From Octopus bimaculoides (lineage: Eukaryota), in NCBI RefSeq assembly GCF_001194135.2, contig NC_069008.1, forward strand, positions 11,627,427 through 11,682,313: a stretch of DNA of 54,887 nucleotides. The letters run 5' to 3'. Numbering within the stretch: position 1 is the stretch's first letter; each line of letters opens with the position of its first letter. The notes under the pieces were generated by a model. That model worked only from the letters and a program-made list of their open reading frames with translations. It ran no database searches and had not been told where the DNA came from. Made by a program: the position numbers and the translations under genes. Positions 33,014 through 46,586 of this stretch are shown here, one piece after another.

Positions 33014-34829
33014 ATTAATTTTAGAGGAATTCTTAAAAGTTAAACAATGTTTGTAGGTATAATCAATTATGGTTCAATTTCTTGTCTTTGATATCATGGG
33101 CACCTCTCATTACATCTATAGCAAATATGCAATGCTGTTGGTATACTTTCTATTTATTACTGGAATGTTTTTTACAAACTGGATTGTATGGCACACATAT
33201 TGTTGTTGACAAAGACTTCAATGACTACATTAAGAAACTGAATGGACTAATGGAAGCAATATAGGTTGAAAACTATTGAGGAACTATAAATGATTGGTAG
33301 CAGACATTTCAGTTGAGTCCTTTTCCTACAGGTTGTAATGAAATGTTCAGTCAACAAAACTGTAAAAGAAAAAGATATCACACAGTAAAACTGATATTTC
33401 TTTAAAGTTTCCTCACTTTTTTATTATAAAATTCTCACAAAAATAGTTATGGTTTTCATAATTGGCATTTAAATATGCATCTGTAAGACCTGCTCAATCA
33501 TGCTGACCTGGGGCTAAACAACAGTCTTAGTTTGTCTATGAGATGCACATGTTGTCAGCCACTAAGGAACACATTTAAGTGGTTAAGGTCCAGCAACTGA
33601 CAAGCTAATCTATGATACTGAGCAGAATATTTGTTATAATGACATTTCTGCTTCAGCAACTCAGCACTGAATCTGAAATGTAATAGGAAACTGGTCAGTT
33701 TCAAAACATTGATGTCCAGGTTACAAAAAGCAAAGTGTGAAGGGAATAGTAGTCATTTCCTTTGATTTCTAGATTGGAGCAAATAGGAAATAACACTTAC
33801 TGACCAAAGACAAAGAAATGTTTTTAATTTGTTACACAGCATTATGCCTGTTTGTAATGTAAACAAGCATGGACATTGTTTGAGGGTGTCCTCTTCAACA
33901 GCCACAACTGGTAGAGAGAAACTGAAGCTCCTCAAAGACATGTAGGAATGAGTGTGTGTGTGAGCGACTGAATCTGTATTACCCTCATCTTCACATGTAC
34001 TCACTAATTGAAAACAAAAGCCTGTGTTCATAAACAGAGTAGTTTTGTTTCCAGTTCTCTTTGTAACCATGACCAGGCTGTTCAATGGTCAATAGACTAG
34101 ATTATTCTCTTGCTTGGAAACAGGTGAGTGTTGACATCTGGAAGGGCATCTAACCATAGAAAACCTAGCAGTATTTTTGTCTTTTATGCTTGATATAGAA
34201 AAATACTCTATTGCTGAGTAACAGAAATCACTAGAGAAATCAAGCTGAGTGTTAAAGCCATTTCTTGTCTGACCCCTGCAAGCATGGGAAAGTAGATATT
34301 AAAACTATGATGATGATGATTTATTTGTTAAAGCCAGGATTCCCTGAGACAAATATATTACGTAAACAATTTAAATTTAGCACTTCATTCTCCAATCCTA
34401 CCTTTAGTAAGATCCAAAGATTTCAAGCTCAGTTACTGCATTGCAAAAAAAATTTAAAGAAAGGTGTGTGTAAACAAAATTTGAGTATAATGCAAATGAA
34501 TATGTGAATGAATAAACAATTTTATTTCCGTCTTGTTATATACACACACACACATTCCATGTTACAACTGCAGTACTGCTTTATTTTGACAAAATAGGAA
34601 TTAAAAGATAAAAATGTAAGTAAATACAGAATGTTGACGTTATAGAATAAGGTAGACAAAACCCCAATCGAACAATGAGATTATCTATTTTATAGCTTGG
34701 TGAAAGGCACAGCACATTGAATCGCTGTTTACATCTTAAAACATTGACAAAGATTTGTAGTAATGGGTGTATATATTAGAATTATGTGAACCTCTCAAAT
34801 TATAAACAAGTGAAAATGGAAAAGATCCC

Positions 34830-35080
34830 AGTGCCAGTGACCATTCAAGCGTGGTCGATGCCAGTGCCACCTGACTGGGCCCCCATGCTGGTGGCACTTA
34901 AAAAGTACCCACTACACTCTCGGAGAGTGGTTGGTGTTAGGAAGGGCATCCAGATGTAGAAAACTTGCCAGAATAGATTGGAGCCTGCTGCAGCCTCCTG
35001 GCTTGCCAGTCCTCAGTCAAACCGTCCTACCCAGGTCAGTAGGGAAAGCAGATTTTAAACGCTGATGATGATGATGATGA
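34830..35080 (+). mobile_element. SINE-like repeat with RTE-type tail (GGAAGGGCATCCAG family)
   Basis: CCCACTACACTCTCGGAG..TGGTTGGTGTTAGGAAGGGCATCCAG...(GAT)n. Other copies at ~34105-34320, 45490-45680, 45990-46110 and 46240-46480. Confidence 0.78.
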
Positions 35081-35599
35081 TATAGATAATCATGATATAT
35101 ATATAATATATTGTTATACCATTGAAAGTTTAGGTAAACTTTGTCACTCACTCACTCACTCATTCTCTCTTTCTCTCTCTCTCTCTCTTCCCCTCTCCAC
35201 ACAAAAATGAAATGCATTAGTTACCCGACTTCAATGCCAAAAATTACAAAGGGAAAGTGGATTTGTCTTTCAAATATATTCTGCAATCTGGGATTATTAT
35301 ATATGTTATATTCAGTGATTTTAAGCGGTATAAAAAACGATATTTTGTTTTAATATACTTTTACTTGTGTCACACACATACAGACACAAACTCTAACGTG
35401 TTTTTTTTCAGTTGAATTATTTATCATTCTTTATCTCTCCACAGGCTTTGTTACCACCAACTTCTATAACTTCTGCATTTTCACTTAATCATTTCAAACT
35501 TCTTTGAATTTTCAATCTAACATAATCCACAATCTCTTGAAAATGCATTTCTGCAAAATGTTATCCAAAAATATGGGTAAAGAAAGAAACAGTAAAAAA

Positions 35600-35970
35600 T
35601 ATTTGAAAATAGAGGCGGGGTTCCGAAGGTTCCACTCCCACTCCACCCCATTTTCCGGACCAAAAAAGGGTTTTATGGCATATTACGAGGTCACCATAAT
35701 TCATTTAACGAAAAGAAAAAAAAAATTTCCAATGATTCTGGGATGGGAAGGGGGTCCAGTTTCCTACCCACCTCCTCTTTTCCAATAAAAAAAAAATGTG
35801 TTTGCAGCACATTAAGAGGTCAGGGTACTTCATTCAACACAAAAAAATCCAAGTTTCATTTTTTCTTAGTAAAAATCGTGTGGGTGTACTTCCGAAGGAA
35901 GGCAGGGGGAAATTTCCAAATATTCCACCCCACCCCACTTTCCAGACCAAAAAAAGGGTTTTGTGCTACT
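35600..35970. repeat. Two ~80-bp direct repeats in a probable DNA-transposon remnant
   Basis: ...CCACCCCA.TTTCC.GACCAAAAAA.GGGTTTT.TG at about 35615-35680 and about 35890-35968. Confidence 0.5.
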
Positions 35971-37850
35971 GAATAGCAAAATCAGATTCAATGTGAAAAA
36001 TTACATCAATATACCAAATTAGAAAAGTTTCACTTAATTTTAAAAACTGTGAGAGCAACAGAAAAGACTTAGAACTTTTTCTGTCTACAGTCAAACTGAA
36101 AGTAAATCAGTTAACCAGTCATGATAAAAACTCATCACTACAGAATAGAGCATTGTTAGGACGAATTTCCATGCTTTCATTCAGAAAGACTTCCTCCCGT
36201 CCTGTCCCTCACCCCATTTTCTCGCAAATTGCTGGGTTTTTTTAATTAATTTTTTTTGCCAAAAACCCACCTTTTCGGATACAGAGTTTCCGGAAAACTG
36301 GCAAAAACCGGAATTTTGACATTTTTGCACCCCTTACTCCTTCCCCCGCCCCAATTTCTTCATTTTCCCCTTTTTTCCGTAACCCTGTAGTGAAACTACC
36401 TATCGCCATTAGATACAAACTACTATCGCCATTACATACAACCTTCTCATTTAAATATAAATANNNNNNNNNNNNNNNNNNNNNNNNNNNNNNNNNNNNN
36501 NNNNNNNNNNNNNNNNNNNNNNNNNNNNNNNNNNNNNNNNNNNNNNNNNNNNNNNNNNNNNNNNNNNNNNNNNNNNNNNNNNNNNNNNNNNNNNNNNNNN
36601 NNNNNNNNNNNNNNNNNNNNNNNNNNNNNNNNNNNNNNNNNNNNNNNNNNNNNNNNNNNNNNNNNNNNNNNNNNNNNNNNNNNNNNNNNNNNNNNNNNNN
36701 NNNNNNNNNNNNNNNNNNNNNNNNNNNNNNNNNNNNNNNNNNNNNNNNNNNNNNNNNNNNNNNNNNNNNNNNNNNNNNNNNNNNNNNNNNNNNNNNNNNN
36801 NNNNNNNNNNNNNNNNNNNNNNNNNNNNNNNNNNNNNNNNNNNNNNNNNNNNNNNNNNNNNNNNNNNNNNNNNNNNNNNNNNNNNNNNNNNNNNNNNNNN
36901 NNNNNNNNNNNNNNNNNNNNNNNNNNNNNNNNNNNNNNNNNNNNNNNNNNNNNNNNNNNNNNNNNNNNNNNNNNNNNNNNNNNGGGGGGGGTACAAAAGG
37001 AAGTCTTGCCTTTCATTCTTTGCAATATATTTACATTATTGTGTAGTGAGTTCAGGTGCTGACATGAGTTATCTTCTCCCCCTCCTCCCACCAGACGGGG
37101 GTGGGCAACAGGAAAAATTCATAACTCAATAAACTTTCATTTGCAGTTTCAAGTGAAAGAAAAATTCAACAATAGCCGATAGTGCTAAAATTTGGCTGTA
37201 AGATATATTAACGGAAGTAGAAAAGGAGGAAAAAGAAGTTAAAGGAGTAACCATTGCGGAAATGTCATGATCAGAGAAAAATGCTAAATAAAAGTTTATT
37301 TTCCCTGCTCATGCTAGATTCAAAAATTTTCTGCTAAATGCTGAAAAAAAATGCTAGATCTAGCATAAAATATGCTAAGTTGGCAACCCTGTATAGAACA
37401 TGTAACTTAGTGGCTATTTGGCCCCTCGTATCATTAATAATACTTGATTGGTAAAAGCAAATTACCTCCCTTTGTATCGTCTGACATATTTGTTTATTAT
37501 ATTTGCGAGTGCCCATTTTTCGTTTGTTTTATTTAGTATAAAATATTTAAAAAATGGATGAATCTTTCTAATTTTTTGCAGAAATCATTTATTTTGTTTA
37601 TATATTCCATTTTCATAACTTTTTTTCAAAACTGCATTTCATTTTCTTGGAGAGGTGCCTTTCTAAAGGAGCTCCAGAAAGAACCGGATCGTGTGAAAAG
37701 GATATTTTTCAATGAAATTTTACAGAAACACCTTTCAAACGGCATTGATTACGATTATAGAGAAAATTGTTGGGAAATGTTTCCCTGAAAGTTATGAGAG
37801 AAAAATCGGATTTTGTGAATTTTCCGACAGTCTTCCCCCACCCCACCTCG

Positions 37851-38106
37851 GGTACAATTCAAGAAGAGTGGTCGCATACTCGCTTATCCGCGCTAGCTAG
37901 TCGTGACTAGTCGATCCTAAACAAAGTAAATATTTTTTTTTTTGTTGAATCTTCCCCATCTTACTCTTAAAACGTTTTACGTCCTTCCAGTGTGTATTTT
38001 GGTGTCACAACTATTTATGCGCACTCGCGCTAGGTAGTCGTAGGATCGACTAGTCACGACTCGCTAGTGCGAGTGCGCGCCGGGACCACTCTTCTTGAAT
38101 AGTACC
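37851..38106. mobile_element. Merlin-type MITE, ~65-70-bp TIRs beginning GGTAC, degenerate 9-bp TSD
   Basis: GGTACAATTCAAGAAGAGTGGTC...AGTCGTGACTAGTCGATCCTA versus its reverse complement ending GACCACTCTTCTTGAATAGTACC; flanks CCCACCTCG / CCAACCCCG (7/9 match). Confidence 0.75.
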
Positions 38107-38189
38107 CCAACCCCGTTCGTTTGCGCCGCATGTTTCCCGCACAGCAAAACTGTGGAAGAAAGTGAAATGACAGTATAAAATTAATATTC

Positions 38190-38720
38190 TTACCTATCTC
38201 TGCGATTTGTAAAGTTCACCAGCATTCTGCATGAATGCTTGGAACAGATCTCCCTTGTCTGCATACCTCCACATATATTCACACAGATGGCTGGTGAGGT
38301 TTGCATGCCGCATGTGTGTCTCACTCATTTGGAGTTTGATTTGCCACCACAGACTTTCGATGGTGTTTGTGTGGGCTCCGGTGAGAGAATACACGAAGTT
38401 GTAGCTGTTATTAACAGTGAGATGCTGGAAACCGAAAGCTTCAAGACTGTCGTATGCTTTCTAGCAGTCACTTATCACTATTGTGCCAGGTTTAATGTGC
38501 TGCTGAATTATTGGTTCCACTGTGGCCCTATCCCGCTTGTTATTCGGCAAAACAAGAAAGGTTTGCCGGCTTTCACTACATATGCCTCCAAACACCCACT
38601 GTCCTTCGACAAATCTTCTATGGTGATATTTCGTTTTGCCGAATTTCGAGTGTAAGTCCTGGGCCGCCAATGGATTGGTCCGTATGCAATTTTGTCTCCA
38701 CCGACCACTGACAGACTTCA
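38190..38720 (-). mobile_element. Merlin/IS1595-family DDE transposase fragment
   Basis: KFGKTKYHH..VEGQWVFGGICSE...RDRATVEPIIQQHIKPGTIVISDC* and GAHTNTIESLWWQIK; one in-frame stop. Confidence 0.88.
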
Positions 38721-39244
38721 CGACAGTACGAAAACTAGAGGAAAAAAACGAAATTTTATATGTTGCTTTTCCTCTCAGTGTAAAAACAAAAATGAAAATT
38801 TTCTTTTTTCATAACACACGTGTTTTGTACCATATCACATGCTTCCACCACAAAAGGTGAACACTGAATAAGTAATATATTTGTACATGAAAATGTTTTA
38901 TAGTAATTCAATACTAACTGTTTTTCCATCTAATAACACGTGCTTGAAATATCAACGATGGCCACTATACGGTAATCTGTTATAGATAATATAATTAATT
39001 GAAAAACTTGTGCGGTGGTTATAAGACTTAAGCAAGCAGCATGACGTCATAGTTGTGTCTAAGTGACACTCTCTCTCTCTCTCTCACACACACACAAGCA
39101 CTCATACATACAACAAAGACATATGCCAATTTATTTATGTATGTATGTATACATTACAACACATCTCTTCACTCTCACTCTCTCTCTCTCATACACACAC
39201 ACACGTCCATTTCATCTGATGCCTGATACTGCATGTATATGTAT

Positions 39245-40000
39245 CTGTGTGCGTGCGTACGGTGTTTCACAATCGCCAGAAAAAAGCAGATGAATTTTCT
39301 TTCTTGATGCTCCTGGTGGCACAGCTAAAACATTTGTAACATTGCTTCTCTTCAAGATAAGGTAACAAAAGGGAATTGCAGTTGTTGTACCATTATCTGG
39401 TTTTGCTGCCCAGGAGGACAAACAGCTCGTTCTGTCTTTAAATTACCACTAAACCTGGTCACAAATGACAGCCCAGTTTGTAACATAAACAAAGATTCAG
39501 GTTCACTCGAAGTGTTGTGCCAATGTCACCTTATCATTTGGGATGAATGCACCATATCGCATAGAGGTGCAATGGAAGCTCTGAGTAAGACCCTACAGGA
39601 CATCAGAGGCAACAATAAATCTATGGGAGGAGTTACATTAGTTTTATCAGGAGACTTCAGACAGATATTACCAGTCATTTCAAAACAAACAAGATCTGAT
39701 GAAATAAAAGCAAGCAGTAAGTCTTCACACCTATAGAATAAAGTACTGAAATTCTCCTTCAATACTAATGTGCGACCTTTATTACATGGGGACCAATGTG
39801 CAAAACAGTTTTCAACCTGGCTCCTCCATTTAGGAAATAGGAAAGTACCAATTGATGGAATGGTGATATCAGTTTGGCTCATATTGCTATCATGGTGAAT
39901 TCTTCAGCTGAATTGAAGAACAGGGTATTTCCAGACTTAAGTAACAATTATAATTCACATAAATGGTTGTATGAAAGGGTAATTCTTGCTCAAACATATG
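39245..40000 (+). mobile_element. Helitron PIF1 helicase fragment
   Basis: FFLDAPGGTAKTF, LIIWDECTISHR, MGGVTLVLSGDFRQILPV. Confidence 0.9.
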
Positions 40001-40100
40001 TGGTAGAATTTATCTCCTTTCATACAACATATTTTGCATTTTTCTTCCAGTATATAACGAAAAATTTCATTCCTAGGCTATGCTGGGTGCTTCTGCTAGT

Positions 40101-40133
<33 letters not shown>

Positions 40134-41060
40134 AAACATATATGCATGTATGTGTGTGTGTGTAGCTACACACACACATATATATATATATGTATATATA
40201 TACAGAGCAAAAAAATTCACGAGAAAATATTTGCGAAGATATCATCGACTATTATTATCTAGTGTAACAATTAAAAATAACAGAATCAATAATATAGGTG
40301 ATTGCAGGCTGAAAAAAAAAAAAAAAAAAAACATTAAATTAGCTGAAGGATTAAAGTTAATCAAAGGACATAGTAAATATGTCTTCCTGCTGGAAATAAC
40401 AGTCAAAACTCTTATTCCAGTAGGTAGACATGGAGTGCTTAGCAATATAGATAGAGGCAAGTGTCAGAGCATACACTTGCGGTTCATTCTTTTCTCTTGA
40501 AGTGTTTCTTCCAGCTCAGTACATTCCAAGGCTAAATTCTGCTGTAGTCAACATCGTCATGGTGGTGGCGGTGGTTGGATAAAATAAAATAAACAACTGA
40601 CTCCTTGCTAGAATTTTAGGGGTTTTTTAACCCCCAGTATCACAAGGCAAAACTTACCCTATTTCCTTAACCCTTTGCTTGTCCAGAACATTTTCCTAGC
40701 TTTGTTCCTAAGTCTATACTGGTTTTCAGATTTTTTGTTGGCCCTTGTCTCATATGTTTCTGAGTACTATAAAGCTTTCTTTTCCTAAGTCCCAACTTAC
40801 TCTGGTAATTGGAAAAAAAAGACAAAAATTGGGAATATGTATCATAAATGATACATGTATGCCTGAGAAATATGTCCTGTGTATCAGATGTGATAACAGA
40901 ACAGGCAAATGGTTAACCTACCCAGATTGGACATAGATTTATAGCCAGTTTTGTTACTGTTTGTGTAACACTACTTTTATATGTTTCCTATTTGGAAATA
41001 GATAATAAATATATTTTACTTTCCAAGTAGGAATATATATTGATAAACACGTCACTTATA

Positions 41061-41130
41061 ACTTACTCATAAATGTTATCATTTATACATAAATCCTGAC
41101 TCCAGCTACATAAACGCCATAGTGAGAAAT
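41061..41130 (-). promoter_or_regulatory. Possible non-coding first exon/donor of the 31736-33013 ZNF gene
   Basis: Canonical donor GTAAGT (41061-41066, minus) with an ATGGCG YY1-like core (41115-41120) just upstream; no transcript evidence. Confidence 0.25.
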
Positions 41131-43862
41131 ATATACTCTCAAACGCTAACTGACATTTTATGCATGCATGTATGTTGAAGATAAATAAATTTGTGTTCTT
41201 TTAACCGCTATGAAAAAATACAGAGTTTCATAATTGCAGAAATAAATTTCATTAACAAGTTGAAAAACGTGAAGAGAAAATAATTACTACATTAGTTTAT
41301 GTACATTTAACATTTATAGTACAATTGGAAAGTAAAAGTCATTTTGTCGTATAGAATTACGACTTAAAATTCACACTAGCTAATCCTTCATACTAACTAC
41401 TAGAGTTCACAACAATTCAAATAAGTCTTGTTGGATTTTTATCATAGACATGGCATAAAAAATAGCCAATATCAAAGGAGTGAGTGTCGTGGAATTTAGT
41501 AACGTCCTACAAACACTAATTTCCCAAAAATCAGGGTTTTTATAACCGCTCATATCTGAATTCTAAGAACCATATTTCATGAAAGATTTCTTTAACAAAA
41601 GTTTAGAATTCGTATATGAGCAGTAACTCTAACCAATGGGATTACCAACAATTATGCTTGTTTGGGCAAACAACCATTACGTCATATTGCTGCCTTTTCT
41701 GACTTGCTACAGTAGCTACAGATAGGTGCCTCAATTTTATTACCTCATAACTTTCTGAAAAAGAGAATTTTTAATCAAAAGTTTTTTTCTTAAGCAAATC
41801 TTTTCGAGGGTGTAACTTACGATTCTATTGATAAAAGTTTTTTAAAAAAGTCTTTCTGAAGAAATTTTGGCCCATTTTCACCCTATTTCTTCATAACTGT
41901 CTTTAAAATATATTTTAAATGATATTTTGTAGAAATATATTTTTGTGGGTGTATATTATGTAATGTAAAAGCTTATCTAACATAATAAATGCAAATGTCA
42001 GAGTGTCACATTTTTTCAACTTTATTCCTAGAGGCCATAGACCAACCTATACCATTTTGGAATCAGGCCACCTCCGTGAGTAAATTAGAAACATTCCAGG
42101 CTGAATTTGGACCCACAATCCTGAAATTTAGGATTCCTAAGTTTTCATTACTGAAATTGTTTTTGGCGATTTTTTTTACGTGATTTTCTGCAATGAATTT
42201 TTTTGTACGATAACAATTTTTACTAGCTGAACCCATGAAAACTTCATGGGAAACATTAAAAAATGTAAGCATTTACACATAGTGACTTCCTTTAATAACT
42301 ATTGAATAAATATTGGCATCACCACAGACGTAGGCCCCACCGACTTTGTTGCCTCAGAAAATTCCAGTAAAATGGACACTTTTTTACAAAAGTTATGACA
42401 AATAATCGCACGGATACTGTTGATTGAGTGTATTTAAAGATTTTTTGGAAAAAAGTTTTGCGAGGGGTTGGGGAGAGGAGTTTTGGAAAATTCACACGAC
42501 CTGACATTTTCCCCCTTAATAACTTTCAGGAAAATGGGCATTTTTAATGAATTTTTATACAAATACCTTTCAAATGGCACAGTAACAATTACTAAAATCA
42601 GTGGAAGGGGGTTTACATTTGCAGTTATGCCTAATTATGTATAAGCAGGACCCTGGGAAATTCTACGAAATACAAAAAAATGCAAGCATCTTTAAAAGTA
42701 ACATCTAATTACAGTGTGGAAAAGTAAAATATCCAATATTGGCTGAGGACCCAGTATATACAATACGGTAGTTAATTATATTGCAGGAAAGTAAAAGTAA
42801 CATCTGATATTTGATGTGGTTATGTATCTTTCTACACTGAAAATACTAATAAACATTTAAAGAATTAAAATGAATACCACCTTCCTTTCAGTCACTGCTC
42901 ACTCCCTCATTCTCACTCACTTCAGCTTAACACTTTTTATGTCTCTTCTTCTTTCTACCTCTCCTTTCAGCTGTAGAAAAGTAACAGTAACATCGACAGC
43001 TTTTTGCTGAGAGAGAGCCAGAGGGAAAGAGAGTGTGTTAGATTGAAAGGCAGACTCACAGACTGGTAGAGAGTTACATAGAGAGGCAACATTTTACTTT
43101 GCAATTTCCATATTTTCAATGGCTTTAATATATATTGTCCAAAATGAAAAGTTTTCCAGTGTTTTCTCTATCAGAATGGTTTCTCTCTTTCACTATAATC
43201 TATCCCTCTTTGCACTCCCTTTTAAAAGTAAGCTTAAATATTAATGCAATCCGCTTGAAAAATATTGTTCAAATTTAATACATACTCAATGCATGAAGCG
43301 TTATTGTTGGGCCCAAGACTCCATCTAGAGCCCTCTGCAGGAGCTAGCTTAAAAGCCACCTGATACGGTAGCTTTGAAACTAGTAAACATATAAAACCAA
43401 TGAATAATATTAAGAGTTAAGGAAACTGATGGTAACGAAGCTGAGGCATTTGAGAAGAATTATTCGAAAGTTGTCCATTATATTTTTTCTAAATTTTTAT
43501 TGACATCACCATTGAAATTGTGTTGCTGTAAAATTACATTTAAAAAATATTCATTTTCCAGAGAGTTATGAGGGAACTGAGTTGGAGAGGTGAAGGCACC
43601 AATGTCTACATATGTCTCTTTGGGTTGTTGCTGGTAGTATTTAGCTGTAGGTTAGCGCTGAGCGAGCAAGCCTATCATCAAAACTTTTCCATCTGTAACC
43701 ATTCCAAATACAATGGGTGGTCCTTCTTACTGTGATCGTATATTTTGAAGGAAATGAAAACAAAAACTAATCTACCGAATTTGGGAGAAAGGAACTAAAA
43801 GAAGCTCATCTTCACCAGAGCTCAATTCTCAGTCTCCTCCTCCTATACAGAATCATCATCCT

Positions 43863-44790
43863 CTAGGCCATTACAGAGGAATTTAATACTGGCTGCCCCT
43901 AGAAACTACTATATGCTGATGATTTCACTCTCTTGGCAGAATCTCTAACAGAATTGGAAAAGAAATCCCCAGTGTAGAAGTGTAGGAATCAAAGAGCCTG
44001 AAAGTTAACTTAGCAAAGACCAAAGTTCTAGTAAGCAAGAAAATGGACAAGGCTTTACCACATTCAGGTAAATGGCCATGCTTGGCATGTAGCAAAGGTG
44101 TAGGCAGAAATTCCATACAGTGTACTCAGTGCAAGTTATGGACCCACAAGCAGTAGAATCACAGAAAGGTTAACAGAGAAAGGAGTGTTCATATGGGGAG
44201 ACATGGGTGATTAATTGTATTCAAATGCTCTGGAAGCTCTCTAGAGGTTGTAGATAATTTCTGTTTCCTAGGTGACCTAATCAGCAGTGAAGGAGGATGT
44301 TCCAAAAGTGTAATTGCTAGAATAAGAAGAGGATGGAAAAAAATTCAGAGAGTTTTTTTTACCTCTGTTGGCAACCAAAGGTCTCTCTATCTCTGAATGA
44401 AAGGAAGATTGTCTGATGTTGTGTACAACAAACAATAATAGTAAGATGTGGGCCCTAAATGCAGAGGACATGAGAGGAACGAAGTTAGTATAGTCATTGG
44501 ATGTGCAATGTTAGTGCGCATGCACAACAAAGTGCTAGTGTATTAAGAGAAGAGTTCGGCTTAAGGGGAATCAGATGTAATGTGCAAGAGAGAAGAGTGT
44601 GATGTGTATGGATGAGGACAGCTGAATAAGGAAGTACTGACCACTTCAAGGGGGATGAAACTGATGGCAAAGTGAGACCCAGGAAGACAGGATGAAGTAA
44701 TGAAGGTCAATCTCAAAATGCTGAGCATTATAGAGGTGAGAAAGGACCAAGATAACTGGTACTTTGCTGTGCTAACACCCATCCACCACA
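43863..44790 (+). mobile_element. RTE-clade LINE, 5'-truncated, degenerate RT C-terminal part
   Basis: LLYADD..L.AES, LKVNLAKTKVL, a Cys-rich insert KWPCLACSKGVGRNSIQCTQCKLWTHK, and FCFLGDLISSEGGC..VIARIRRGWKKFRE. Confidence 0.88.
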
Positions 44791-46239
44791 GTAGAAATGA
44801 CATCCTAAAACTACCTCTTGGTAATGCTTGTACATGTGAGCCCCAGCCCTACCTCCACCTTGTCAAGCATTTCCCCCATACCTCATCACTTTTCTCATAC
44901 TACTCATCTACCCTAACTACCTGGGAGCAAATTAGGCACATACTACACTACCCTCACACCCTCAATTTTTGGTTATTGTCCTCCCCCAACCCCAGAAACA
45001 ATTCCATTTTTCATTATCTTTCCTGCCCATTATTTCATCTTTTCTGTCCCTTCAGCCAGGGCTCTCACCCATCTGCTATACTCCAGCTTTAACACCTCCC
45101 TTACCTATCCCCCTCAATACCCTCACATGCCTACCACAGTCCCCACCAAGTCACTCGTCTCTTTCACCATCACTTGTTCCAGTCTAATCCCCCCCCCACT
45201 ATTCCCCATACTCACTCACCCTCACCAAACATCTGTACCTTGAAAGTATGTCCCAGCACATCTCCCTCACCATTTCTCTCTATCTGTCTATACATTTACC
45301 TATCGATGTATCTATTTTTGTCTCCCACTCTTTTACAAATGGGGTAGCCATATATCTCCTCTACACCAACACAACTGTCTTTATCCCTCAATTATACTTT
45401 AACTTCTTTTCAACTGGCACAAAGCCATCTCTTCAATGTTACTGCCCCTTCCAGCTGAGGAATCTTTGTCTCGCAAGTTACTTGGTGACTGCTACAATGC
45501 TGGTGCTATGTAAAAATCACCCGCTACTCTCTGTAAAGCAGTTGACATCAGGAAGGGCATCCAGCTATGAAAACCATGCCACAGCAGACAACAGAGCTTG
45601 GTGCAGCCCCTAGGCTGCCTAGCTCTGGCCAACCTGTCTAGGCCATACAGGTATGGAAAGCAGAAATTAAATGATGATGAGTGTGGTGGTGGTGGTGTGT
45701 ATGTGTGTCCCCCTTGTCTTGACATTGCACAGTGGTTGTTAACGAGTGTCATTCATTTCCAGTTTTCTGTGGAAAACCTGGTCAGACCAAGAGGAAATAT
45801 TGATTTCAAATTTTGGCACATGGCTAGCAACTCTAGGCAAAGGGTTAAGTCAATTATATTGACATTCCTCTACCTCCAGCCCAGTGCTCAACTTATTCTA
45901 CAGACCCTGAAATAATGAAAGGCAAAGTCAACCTCTGCAGAATTTGAACTCAGCACACAGGCACAAACAAAATGCCACAATGGAAAATATTACCTTGCTT
46001 GGAGACAGGGGTAGGTTCGCAACAGGAAGAGCTTCCAGCTGTAGAAAATTTTCCTCAATGATGTCCACTGGACCCACGCAAACATGTAAAAGTGAATACT
46101 AAAATGATTGTGCCGGTGAGTGGACAGCATGGACAGGGCTTCAGAGCTGTTTGCCCTGGGGACAAAATATTTAGCAGTGTAAAATTTCAAAACAATGATT
46201 AAAAAGATCACTCTGCTATATAAACCTGACAATCCAAGT

Positions 46240-46480
46240 CAGACTGTAGCCATGGCTGATGTTGGTGTCAGGTCAAGGGAACCCATGCTGGGTGGCACGT
46301 AAAAAACACCCACTACACTCTCGGAATGGTTGGTGTTAGGAAGGGCATCCAGCCGTAGAAACCTTGCTAAATCAGATTGGAATTTGGTCCAGCTCCCCAA
46401 CTTACTAGTTTTCAGCCAAACTGTCCAACCCATGCCAGCATGGAAAACATGTTAAATGATGATGATGATGATGATGATGA
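46240..46480 (+). mobile_element. SINE-like repeat (GGAAGGGCATCCAG family) just downstream of the second ZNF gene
   Basis: Similar to 34830-35080; (GAT)n tail at 46457-46480. Confidence 0.8.
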
Positions 46481-46586
46481 CCAACAAGCAAAAGAAAAAA
46501 AAAAAAAGATTAATTCCATAAAGAAACATTCAGTTATACCAATTATTAGATTTTATTTCCCTACAAGCTGAATTTTTGATACAGAA

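Noticed and set aside
37378-37390. GTTGGCAACCCTG, resembling a hAT-type right end
   Set aside because: No matching left end is visible (it may lie in the gap), so it is insufficient for a call.
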